Positions 39,661 to 53,199 of a DNA stretch of 64,000 bases are shown piece after piece. Origin of the DNA: the human T2T-CHM13v2.0 reference genome, Homo sapiens; the NCBI RefSeq assembly GCF_009914755.1, contig NC_060939.1, one strand, 5' to 3'. The notes below the pieces were generated by a model. That model was not told the DNA's origin and did no database searches. It worked only from the letters and a program-made list of their open reading frames with translations. Position 1 is the first letter of the stretch. Each line of letters starts with the position of its first letter. The translations under genes and the position numbers were made by a program.

Positions 39661-42600
39661 TCCCTTCCAGTGCATTCCGTTCGATTCCATTCCATTGCAT
39701 TGCATTCCATTCCATTGGATTGCATTCCATTCGATTCCATTCCATTCGAATCAATTACATAGCAATCCATTACATTCGAGTCTATTCTATTCCGTTCCAT
39801 TCGATTTCGTTCCAATCCATTCGATTCCATTCCATTCGATTCCATTCCATACTATTGCATTCCATTCGATTACATTATATTCGAATAAGTTCCATTCAAG
39901 ACCATTTCTTTTGAGTCCATTCTATTTGAGTCCATTCCCTTTGATTCCATAACATTTGAGTCCATTCAATTCCATTCCTTTCGTTTCCATTCCATTTGAT
40001 GCCATTCCATTCAATTCTGTTCTACTCGACTCCAATACATTCAATTCCATTCCATCCGATTCCATTACATTCTTTTCATTTCTTATCCATTTCAAGCCAT
40101 TCCACTCCATTCCATTCCACTCGTTTCCTTTCCATTCGAGTCCATTCCTCTCCAGTCCATTCCGTTCAATCCATTCCATTCCAGTCCATTCCATTCGAGT
40201 CCGTTCCATTCCAGTCCATTCCATTCGAGTCAATTCCATCCCATTCGATGTCTTTCCATAACGATCCATTCCATTCTATTCCTTTCGATTCCATTCCATT
40301 CTATTTCATTCCATTCGATTCCCTTCCATTGGACTCCTTTCCATTCGAGTGCATTCCATTCCGTTCCATTTCTTTCCGTTCTGTACGATTCCTACCGTTC
40401 GATTTCATTTTGTTCCAGTCCATTCCTTTCGCGTCCATTCCATTCCATTTCACTCCATTCGATTCCATTCCACTCGATTCCACTTCGTTCCATTTCATTG
40501 CATTCCATTCTATTCAACTCTATTGCCTTCCATTCCATTCCATTCGATTACATTCCATGCGATTCCATTCGAAATCGAATCAATTACATTGCAATCCATT
40601 ACTATTGAGTCCATTTTATTCCAGTCCACTGCATTCTGGTCCATTCCATTTGATTCCATTCCATTCTATTCCATTCCATACAGTTGCATTCCATTGAACT
40701 CCATTGTATATCTATAAATTCAATTCGAGACCATTGCTTTTGAGTCCATTCTATATGATTCCATTCCATTCAAGTCCATTACATTTGGTTCAATTCCATT
40801 CCATTCCATTCCCTTCCATTCCATTCCAGTTGATATCAATCCATTCGATTCCATTCCATTCGAGCACATTCCATTCGAGTCCATTCCATTCGATGCCATT
40901 CCATTTGATTCTATTCCATTAGTCTCCATTCAATTCCATTAATCTCCATTCCATTCCATTCTACTCCAACTGATTCCATTCCATTCTATTCCTTTCCATT
41001 CCATTTCATTCCATTCCATTCCATTTCATTCCATTCCATTCCATTCCATTCCATTCGCTTCCATTCCATTCGTGTCCATTGCATTCCAGTCCATTCCATT
41101 TGTGTCCACTGCATTCCATTCCACTCCATTCCATATTATTCCATTACACTCCATTCCATTCTATTACTTTCATTTCCATTGAATTCCATTCCATTTGATT
41201 CCATTCCACTCGGTTTCATTCCATTTGAGTCCACTCCACTCCATTCCATTCCATTCCATTCCATTCAGTTCCATTCCATTCTGTTCCATTCCATTCCGTT
41301 CCATTGCATTCCATTCCATTCGGTACCATTCCATATTGTTCCATTCGATTCCATTCGAATCCATTCCATTCCAGTCCATTCCATTCGATTCCATTCCATT
41401 CCTTTCAATTCCATTCCATTCCATTCCATTCCACTTGATTCCACTCCATTCCCTTCCACTGCATTCCATTGCATTGCATTCCATTCCATTGGACTGCATT
41501 CCATTCGATTCCATTCCATTCGAATCAATTACATAGCAATCCATTACATTCGAGTCTATTCTATTCCGTTCCATTCGATTTCGTTCCAATCCATTCGATT
41601 CCATTCCATTCGATTCCATTCCATACTATTGCATTCCATTCGATTACATTATATTCGAATAAGTTCCATTCAAGACCATTTCTTTTGAGTCCATTCTATT
41701 TGAGTCCATTCCCTTTGATTCCATAACATTTGAGTCCATTCAATTCCATTCCTTTCGTTTCCATTCCATTTGATGCCATTCCATTCAATTCTGTTCTACT
41801 CGACTCCAATACATTCAATTCCATTCCATCCGATTCCATTACATTCTTTTCATTTCTTATCCATTTCAAGCCATTACACTCCATTCCATTCCACTCGTTT
41901 CCTTTCCATTCGAGTCCATTCCTCTCCAGTCCATTCCGTTCAATCCATTCCATTCCAGTCCATTCCATTCGAGTCCGTTCCATTCCAGTCCATTCCATTC
42001 GAGTCAATTCCATCCCATTCGATGTCTTTCCATAACGATCCATTCCATTCTATTCCTTTCGATTCCATTCCATTCTATTTCATTCCATTCGATTCCCTTC
42101 CATTGGACTCCTTTCCATTCGAGTGCATTCCATTCCGTTCCATTTTTTCCGTTCTGTACGATTCCTACCGTTCGATTTCATTTTGTTCCAGTCCATTCCT
42201 TTCGCGTCCATTCCATTCCATTTCACTCCATTCGATTCCATTCCACTCGATTCCACTTCGTTCCATTTCATTGCATTCCATTCTATTCAACTCTATTGCC
42301 TTCCATTCCATTCCATTCGATTACATTCCATGCGATTCCATTCGAAATCGAATCAATTACATTGCAATCCATTACTATTGAGTCCGTTTTATTCCAGTCC
42401 ACTGCATTCTGGTCCATTCCATTTGATTCCATTCCATTCTATTCCATTCCATACAATTGCATTCCATTGGATTCCATGCTATATCTATAAATTCAATTCG
42501 AGACCATTGCTTTTGAGTCCATTCTATATGATTCCATTCCATTCAAGTCCATTACATTTGGTTCTATTCCATTCCATTCCATTCCCTTCCATTCCATTCC

Positions 42601-45275
42601 AGTTGATATCAATTCATTCGATTCCATTCCATTCGAGCACATTCCATTCGAGTCCATTCCACTCGATGCCATTCCATTTGATTCTATTCCATTAGTCTCC
42701 ATTCAATTCCATTAATCTCCATTCCATTCCATTCTACTCCAACTGATTCCATTCCATTCTATTCCTTTCCATTCCATTTCATTCCATTCCATTCCATTTC
42801 ATTCCATTCCATTTCATTCGTGTCCATTCCACTCCAGTCCATTCCATTCGTGTCCATTCCATTCCAGTCCATTCCATTTGTGTCCACTGCATTCCATTCC
42901 ACTCCATTCCATATTATTCCATTACACTCCATTCCATTCTATTACTTTCATTTCCATTCAATTCCATTCCATTTGATTCCATTCCACTCGGTTTCATTCC
43001 ATTTGAGTCCACTCCATTCCATTCCATTCCATTCATTCCATTCCATTCTGTTCCATTCCATTCCGTTCCATTACATTCCATTCCATTCAGTACCATTCCA
43101 TATTGTTCCATTCGATTCCATTCGAATCCATTCCATTCCAGTCCATTCCATTCGATTCCATTCCATTCATTTCAATTCCATTCCATTCCATTCCATTACA
43201 TTCCACTTGATTCCTCTCCATTCCCTTCCACTGCATTCCATTCGATTCCATTCCATTGCATTGCATTCCATTCCATTGGATTGCATTCCATTCGATTCCA
43301 TTCCATTCGAATCAATTACATAGCAATACATTACATTCGTGTGTATTCTATTCCGTTCCATTCGATTTCGTTCCAATCCATTCAATTCCATTCCATTCGA
43401 TTCCATTCCATACTATTGCATTCCATTCGATTACATTATATTCGAATAAGTTCCATTCAAGACCATTTCTTTTGAGTCCATTCTATTTGAGTCCATTCCC
43501 TTTGATTCCATAACATTTGAGTCCATTCAATTCCATTCCTTTCGTTTCCATTCCATTTGATGCCATTCCATTGAATTCTGTTCTACTCGACTCCAATACA
43601 TTCAATTCCATTCCATCCGATTCCATTACATTCTTTTCATTTCTTATCCATTTCAAGCCATTCCACTCCATTCCATTCCACTCGTTTCCTTTCCATTCGA
43701 GTCCATTCCTCTCCAGTCCATTCCGTTCAATCCATTCCATTCCAGTCCATTCCATTCGAGTCCGTTCCATTCCAGTCCATTCCATTCGAGTCAATTCCAT
43801 CCCATTCGATGTCTTTCCATAACGATCCATTCCATTCTATTCCTTTCGATTCCATTCCATTCTATTTCATTCCATTCGATTCCCTTCCATTGGACTCCTT
43901 TCCATTCGAGTGCATTCCATTCCGTTCCATTTCTTTCCGTTCTGTACGATTCCTACCGTTCGATTTCATTTTGTTCCAGTCCATTCCTTTCGCGTCCATT
44001 CCATTCCATTTCACTCCATTCGATTCCATTCCACTCGATTCCACTTCGTTCCATTTCATTGCATTCCATTCTATTCAACTCTATTGCCTTCCATTCCATT
44101 CCATTCGATTACATTCCATGCGATTCCATTCGAAATCGAGTCAATTACATTGCAATCCATTACTATTGAGTCCGTTTTATTCCAGTCCACTGCATTCTGG
44201 TCCATTCCATTTGATTCCATTCCATTCTATTCCATTCCATACAGTTGCATTCCATTGGATTCCATTCTATATCTATAAATTCAATTCGAGACCATTGCTT
44301 TTGAGTCCATTCTATATGATTCCATTCCATTCAAGTCCATTACATTTGGTTCAATTCCATTCCATTCCATTCCCTTCCGTTCCATTCCAGTTGATATCAA
44401 TCCATTCGATTCCATTCCATTCGAGCACATTCCATTCGAGTCCATTCCATTCGATGCCATTCCATTTGATTCTATTCCATTAGTCTCCATTCAATTCCAT
44501 TAATCTCCATTCCATTCCATTCTACTCCAACTGATTCCATTCCATTCTATTCCTTTCCATTCCATTTCATTCCTTTCCATTCCATTTCATTCCATTCCAT
44601 TCCATTCGTGTCCATTCCACTCCAGTCCATTCCATTCGTGTCCATTCCATTCCAGTCCATTCCATTTGTGTCCACTGCATTCCATTCCACTCCATTCCAT
44701 ATTATTCCATTACACTCCATTCCATTCTATTACTTTCATTTCCATTCAATTCCATTCCATTTGATTCCATTCCACTCGGTTTCATTCCATTTGAGTCCAC
44801 TCCATTCCATTCCATTCCATTCTATTCAGTTCTTTCCATTCTGTTCCATTCCATTCCGTTCCATTACATTCCATTCCATTCGGTACCATTCCATATTGTT
44901 CCATTCGATTCCATTCGAATCCATTCCATTACAGTCCATTCCATTCGATTCCATTCCATTCATTTCAATTCCATTCCATTCCATTCCATTACATTCCACT
45001 TGATTCCTCTCCATTCCCTTCCACTGCATTCCGTTCGATTCCATTCCATTGCATTGCATTCCATTCCATTGGATTGCATTCCATTCGATTCCATTCCATT
45101 CGAATCAATTACATAGCAATCCATTACATTCGAGTCTATTCTATTCCGTTCCATTCGATTTCGTTCCAATCCATTCGATTCCATTCCATTCGATTCCATT
45201 CCATACTATTGCATTCCATTCGATTACATTATATTCGAATAAGTTCCATTCAAGACCATTTCTTTTGAGTCCATT

Positions 45276-48200
45276 CTATTTGAGTCCATTCCCTTTGATT
45301 CCATAACATTTGAGTCCATTCAATTCCATTCCTCTCGTTTCCATTCCATTTGATGCCATTCCATTCAATTCTGTTCTACTCGACTCCAATACATTCAATT
45401 CCATTCCATCCGATTCCATTACATTCTTTTCATTTCTTATCCATTTCAAGCCATTCCACTCCATTCCATTCCACTCGTTTCCTTTCCAGTCGAGTCCATT
45501 CCTCTCCAGTCCATTCCGTTCAATCCATTCCATTCCAGTCCATTCCATTCGAGTCTATTCCATTCCAGTCCATTCCATTCGAGTCAATTCCATCCCACTC
45601 GATGTCTTCCCATAACGATCCATTCCATTCTATTCCTTTCGATTCCATTCCATTCTATTTCATTCCATTCGATTCCCTTCCATTGGACTCCTTTCCATTC
45701 GAGTGCATTCCACTCCGTTCCATTTCTTTCCGTTCTGTACGATTCCTACCGTTTGATTTCATTTTGTTCCAGTCCATTCCTTTCGCGTCCATTCCATTCC
45801 ATTTCACTCCATTCGATTCCATTCCACTCGATTCCACTTCGTTCCATTTCATTGCATTCCATTCTATTCAACTCTATTGCCTTCCATTCCATTCCATTCG
45901 ATTACATTCCATGCGATTCCATTCGAAATCGAATCAATTACATTGCAATCCATTACTATTGAGTCCGTTTTATTCCAGTCCACTGCATTCTGGTCCATTC
46001 CATTTGATTCCATTCCATTCTATTCCATTCCATACAGTTGCATTCCATTGGATTCCATTCTATATCTATAAATTCAATTCTAGACCATTGCTTTTGAGTC
46101 CATTCTATATGATTCCATTCCATTCAAGTCCATTACATTTGGTTCAATTCCATTCCATTCCATTCCCTTCCATTCCATTCCAGTTGATATCAATCCATTC
46201 GATTCCATTCCATTCGAGCACATTCCATTCGAGTCCATTCCATTCGATGCCATTCCATTTGATTCTATTCCATTAGTCTCCATTCAATTCCATTAATCTC
46301 CATTCCATTCCATTCTACTCCAACTGATTCCATTCCATTCTATTCCTTTCCATTCCATTTCATTCCATTCCATTCCATTTCATTCCATTCCATTCCATTC
46401 GCTTCCATTCCATTCGTGTCCATTCCACTCCAGTCCATTCCATTCGTGTCCATTCCATTCCAGTCCATTCCATTTGTGTCCACTGCATTCCATTCCACTC
46501 CATTCCATATTATTCCATTACACTCCATTCCATTCTATTACTTTCATTTCCATTCAATTCCATTCCATTTGATTCCATTCCACTCGGTTTCATTCCATTT
46601 GAGTCCACTCCATTCCATTCCATTCCATTCCATTCAGTTCCATTCCATTCTGTTCCATTCCATTCCGTTCCATTGCATTCCATTCCATTCGGTACCATTC
46701 CATATTGTTCCATTCGATTCCATTCGAATCCATTCCATTCCAGTCCATTCCATTCGATTCCATTCCATTCCTTTCAATTCCATTCCCTTCCATTCCATTC
46801 CACTTGATTCCACTCCATTCCCTTCCACTGCATTCCATTCGATTCCATTCCATTGCATTGCATTCCATTCCATTGGACTGCATTCCATTCGATTCCATTC
46901 CATTCGAATCAATTACATAGCAATCCATTACATTCGAGTCTATTCTATTCCGTTCCATTCGATTTCGTTCCAATCCATTCGATTCCATTCCATTCGATTC
47001 CATTCCATACTATTGCATTCCATTCGATTACATTATATTCGAATAAGTTCCATTCAAAACCATTTCTTTTGAGTCCATTCTATTTGAGTCCATTCCCTTT
47101 GATTCCATAACATTTGAGTCCATTCAATTCCATTCCTTTCGTTTGCATTCCATTTGATGCCATTCCATTCAATTCTGTTCTACTCGACTCCAATACATTC
47201 AATTCCATTCCATCCGATTCCATTACATTCTTTTCATTTCTTATCCATTTCAAGCCATTCCACTCCATTCCATTCCACTCGTTTCCTTTCCATTCGAGTC
47301 CATTCCTCTCCAGTCCATTCCGTTCAATCCATTCCATTCCAGTCCGTTCCATTCGAGTCCGTTCCATTCCAGTCCATTCCATTCGAGTCAATTCCATTCC
47401 ATTCGATGTCTTTCCATAACGATCCATTCCATTCTATTCCTTTCGATTCCATTCCATTCTATTTCGTTCCATTCGATTCCCTTCCATTGGACTCCTTTCC
47501 ATTCGAGTGCATTCCATTCCGTTCCATTTCTTTCTGTTCTGTACGATTCCTACCGTTCGATTTCATTTTGTTCCAGTCCATTCCTTTCGCGTCCATTCCA
47601 TTCCATTTCACTCCATTCGATTCCATTCCACTCGATTCCACTTCGTTCCATTTCATTGCATTCCATTCTATTCAACTCTATTGCCTTCCATTCCATTCCA
47701 TTCGATTACATTCCATGCGATTCCATTCGAAATCGAATCAATTACATTGCAATCCATTACTATTGAGTCCGTTTTATTCCAGTCCACTGCATTCTGGTCC
47801 ATTCCATTTGATTCCATTCCATTTTATTCCATTCCATACAGTTGCATTCCATTGGATTCCATGCTATATCTATAAATTCAATTCGAGACCATTGTTTTTG
47901 AGTCCATTCTATATGTTTCCATTCCATTCAAGTCCATTACATTTGGTTCAATTCCATTCCATTCCATTCCCTTCCATTCCATTCCAGTTGATATCAATCC
48001 ATTCGATTCCATTCCATTCGAGCACATTCCATTCGAGTCCATTCCATTCGATGCCATTCCATTTGATTCTATTCCATTAGTCTCCATTCAATTCCATTAA
48101 TCTCCATTCCATTCCATTCTACTCCAACTGATTCCATTCCATTCTATTCCTTTCCATTCCATTTCATTCCATTCCATTCCATTTCATTCCATTCCATTCC

Positions 48201-51200
48201 AATCGCTTCCATTCCATTCATGTCCATTCCACTCCAGTCCATTCCATTTGTGTCCACTGCATTCCATTCCACTCCATTCCATATTATTCCATTACACTCC
48301 ATTCCATTCTATTACTTTCATTTCCATTCAATTCCATTCCATTTGATTCCATTCCACTCGGTTTCATTCCATTTGAGTCCACTCCCTTCCATTCCATTCC
48401 ATTCCATTCAGTTCCATTCCATTCTGTTCCATTCCATTCCGTTCCATTACATTCCATTCCATTCGGTACCATTCCATAGTGTTCCATTCGATTCCATTCG
48501 AATCCATTCCATTCCAGTCCATTCCATTCGATTCCATTCCATTCATTTCAATTCCATTCCATTCCATTCCATTACATTCCACTTGATTCCTCTCCATTCC
48601 CTTCCACTGCATTCCGTTCGATTCCATTCCATTGCATTGCATTCCATTCCATTGGATTGCATTCCATTCGATTCCATTCCATTCGAATCAATTACATAGC
48701 AATCCATTACATTCGAGTCTATTCTATTCCGTTCCATTCGATTTCGTTCCAATCCATTCGATTCCATTCCATTCGATTCCATTCCATACTATTGCATTCC
48801 ATTCGATTACATTATATTCGAATAAGTTCCATTCAAGACCATTTCTTTTGAGTCCATTCTATTTGAGTCCATTCCCTTTGATTCCATAACATTTGAGTCC
48901 ATTCAATTCCATTCCTTTCGTTTCCATTCCATTTGATGCCATTCCATTCAATTCTGTTCTACTCGACTCCAATACATTCAATTCCATTCCATCCGATTCC
49001 ATTACATTCTTTTCATTTCTTATCCATTTCAAGCCATTCCACTCCATTCCATTCCACTCGTTTCCTTTCCATTCGAGTCCATTCCTCTCCAGTCCATTCC
49101 GTTCAATCCATTCCATTCCAGTCCATTCCATTCGAGTCTATTCCATTCCAGTCCATTCCATTCGAGTCAATTCCATCCCACTCGATGTCTTCCCATAACG
49201 ATCCATTCCATTCTATTCCTTTCGATTCCATTCCATTCTATTTCATTCCATTCGATTCCCTTCCATTGGACTCCTTTCCATTCGAGTGCATTCCACTCCG
49301 TTCCATTTCTTTCCGTTCTGTACGATTCCTACCGTTTGATTTCATTTTGTTCCAGTCCATTCCTTTCGCGTCCATTCCATTCCATTTCACTCCATTCGAT
49401 TCCATTCCACTCGATTCCACTTCGTTCCATTTCATTGCATTCCATTCTATTCAACTCTATTGCCTTCCATTCCATTCCATTCGATTACATTCCATGCGAT
49501 TCCATTCGAAATCGAATCAATTACATTGCAATCCATTACTATTGAGTCCGTTTTATTCCAGTCCACTGCATTCTGGTCCATTCCATTTGATTCCATTCCA
49601 TTCTATTCCATTCCATACAGTTGCATTCCATTGGATTCCATTCTATATCTATAAATTCAATTCTAGACCATTGCTTTTGAGTCCATTCTATATGATTCCA
49701 TTCCATTCAAGTCCATTACATTTGGTTCAATTCCATTCCATTCCATTCCCTTCCATTCCATTCCAGTTGATATCAATCCATTCGATTCCATTCCATTCGA
49801 GCACATTCCATTCGAGTCCATTCCATTCGATGCCATTCCATTTGATTCTATTCCATTAGTCTCCATTCAATTCCATTAATCTCCATTCCATTCCATTCTA
49901 CTCCAACTGATTCCATTCCATTCTATTCCTTTCCATTCCATTTCATTCCATTCCATTCCATTTCATTCCATTCCATTCCATTCGCTTCCATTCCATTCGT
50001 GTCCATTCCACTCCAGTCCATTCCATTCGTGTCCATTCCATTCCAGTCCATTCCATTTGTGTCCACTGCATTCCATTCCACTCCATTCCATATTATTCCA
50101 TTACACTCCATTCCATTCTATTACTTTCATTTCCATTCAATTCCATTCCATTTGATTCCATTCCACTCGGTTTCATTCCATTTGAGTCCACTCCATTCCA
50201 TTCCATTCCATTCCATTCAGTTCCATTCCATTCTGTTCCATTCCATTCCGTTCCATTGCATTCCATTCCATTCGGTACCATTCCATATTGTTCCATTCGA
50301 TTCCATTCGAATCCATTCCATTCCAGTCCATTCCATTCGATTCCATTCCATTCCTTTCAATTCCATTCCCTTCCATTCCATTCCACTTGATTCCACTCCA
50401 TTCCCTTCCACTGCATTCCATTCGATTCCATTCCATTGCATTGCATTCCATTCCATTGGACTGCATTCCATTCGATTCCATTCCATTCGAATCAATTACA
50501 TAGCAATCCATTACATTCGAGTCTATTCTATTCCGTTCCATTCGATTTCGTTCCAATCCATTCGATTCCATTCCATTCGATTCCATTCCATACTATTGCA
50601 TTCCATTCGATTACATTATATTCGAATAAGTTCCATTCAAAACCATTTCTTTTGAGTCCATTCTATTTGAGTCCATTCCCTTTGATTCCATAACATTTGA
50701 GTCCATTCAATTCCATTCCTTTCGTTTGCATTCCATTTGATGCCATTCCATTCAATTCTGTTCTACTCGACTCCAATACATTCAATTCCATTCCATCCGA
50801 TTCCATTACATTCTTTTCATTTCTTATCCATTTCAAGCCATTCCACTCCATTCCATTCCACTCGTTTCCTTTCCATTCGAGTCCATTCCTCTCCAGTCCA
50901 TTCCGTTCAATCCATTCCATTCCAGTCCGTTCCATTCGAGTCCGTTCCATTCCAGTCCATTCCATTCGAGTCAATTCCATTCCATTCGATGTCTTTCCAT
51001 AACGATCCATTCCATTCTATTCCTTTCGATTCCATTCCATTCTATTTCATTCCATTCGATTCCCTTCCATTGGACTCCTTTCCATTCGAGTGCATTCCAT
51101 TCCGTTCCATTTCTTTCTGTTCTTTACGATTCCTACCGTTCGATTTCATTTTGTTCCAGTCCATTCCTTTCGCGTCCATTCCATTCCATTTCACTCCATT

Positions 51201-52441
51201 CGATTCCATTCCACTCGATTCCACTTCGTTCCATTTCATTGCATTCCATTCTATTCAACTCTATTGCCTTCCATTCCATTCCATTCGATTACATTCCATG
51301 CGATTCCATTCGAAATCGAATCAATTACATTGCAATCCATTACTATTGAGTCCGTTTTATTCCAGTCCACTGCATTCTGGTCCATTCCATTTGATTCCAT
51401 TCCATTTTATTCCATTCCATACAGTTGCATTCCATTGGATTCCATGCTATATCTATAAATTCAATTCGAGACCATTGTTTTTGAGTCCATTCTATATGTT
51501 TCCATTCCATTCAAGTCCATTACATTTGGTTCAATTCCATTCCATTCCATTCCCTTCCATTCCATTCCAGTTGATATCAATCCATTCGATTCCATTCCAT
51601 TCGAGCACATTCCATTCGAGTCCATTCCATTCGATGCCATTCCATTTGATTCTATTCCATTAGTCTCCATTCAATTCCATTAATCTCCATTCCATTCCAT
51701 TCTACTCCAACTGATTCCATTCCATTCTATTCCTTTCCATTCCATTTCATTCCATTCCATTCCATTTCATTCCATTCCATTCCAATCGCTTCCATTCCAT
51801 TCATGTCCATTCCACTCCAGTCCATTCCATTTGTGTCCACTGCATTCCATTCCACTCCATTCCATATTATTCCATTACACTCCATTCCATTCTATTACTT
51901 TCATTTCCATTCAATTCCATTCCATTTGATTCCATTCCACTCGGTTTCATTCCATTTGAGTCCACTCCATTCCATTCCATTCCATTCCATTCAGTTCCAT
52001 TCCATTCTGTTCCATTCCATTCCGTTCCATTACATTCCATTCCATTCGGTACCATTCCATAGTGTTCCATTCGATTCCATTCGAATCCATTCCATTCCAG
52101 TCCATTCCATTCGATTCCATTCCATTCATTTCAATTCCATTCCATTCCATTCCATTACATTCCACTTGATTCCTCTCCATTCCCTTCCACTGCATTCCGT
52201 TCGATTCCATTCCATTGCATTGCATTCCATTCCATTGGATTGCATTCCATTCGATTCCATTCCATTCGAATCAATTACATAGCAATCCATTACATTCGAG
52301 TCTATTCTATTCCGTTCCATTCGATTTCGTTCCAATCCATTCGATTCCATTCCATTCGATTCCATTCCATACTATTGCATTCCATTCGATTACATTATAT
52401 TCGAATAAGTTCCATTCAAGACCATTTCTTTTGAGTCCATT
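45276..52441 (+). repeat. Tandem duplication of a 3583 bp dimer (1804 + 1779)
   Basis: Spacings are 1804, 1779, 1804, 1779. Private variants recur at +3583: XbaI TCTAGA (46079/49662), catcccactcgatgtcttccc, cattcaaaacc, gtttgcattcc, ccattgtttttgag, ccaatcgcttcc and ccatagtgttcc. Confidence 0.9.
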
Positions 52442-53199
52442 CTATTTGAGTCCATTCCCTTTGATTCCATAACATTTGAGTCCATTCAATTCCATTCCTT
52501 TCGTTTCCATTCCATTTGATGCCATTCCATTCAATTCTGTTCTACTCGACTCCAATACATTCAATTCCATTCCATCCGATTCCATTACATTCTTTTCATT
52601 TCTTATCCATTTCAAGCCATTCCACTCCATTCCATTCCACTCGTTTCCTTTCCATTCGAGTCCATTCCTCTCCAGTCCATTCCGTTCAATCCATTCCATT
52701 CCAGTCCATTCCATTCGAGTCCGTTCCATTCCAGTCCATTCCATTCGAGTCAATTCCATCCCATTCGATGTCTTTCCATAACGATCCATTCCATTCTATT
52801 CCTTTCGATTCCATTCCATTCTATTTCATTCCATTCGATTCCCTTCCATTGGAATCCTTTCCATTCGAGTGCATTCCATTCCGTTCCATTTCTTACCGTT
52901 CTGTACGATTCCTACCATTCGATTTCGTTTTGTTCCAGTCCATTATTTTCGCGTCCATTCCATTCCATTTCACTCCATTCAATTCCATTCCACTCGATTC
53001 CACTTCGTTCCATTTCATTGCATTCCATTCTATTCAACTCTATTGCCTTCCATTCCATTCCATTCGATTACATTCCATGCGACTCCATTCGAAATCGAAT
53101 CAATTACATTGCAATCCATAACTATTGAGTCTACTTTATTCCAGTCCACTGCATTCTGGTCCATTCCATTTGATTCCATTCCATTCTATTGCATTCCAT

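Noticed and set aside
43321-43385. Small cluster of substitutions (caataca, cgtgtgta, ttcaatt)
   Set aside because: It lies in a generally more diverged unit, so it cannot be distinguished from background by eye.
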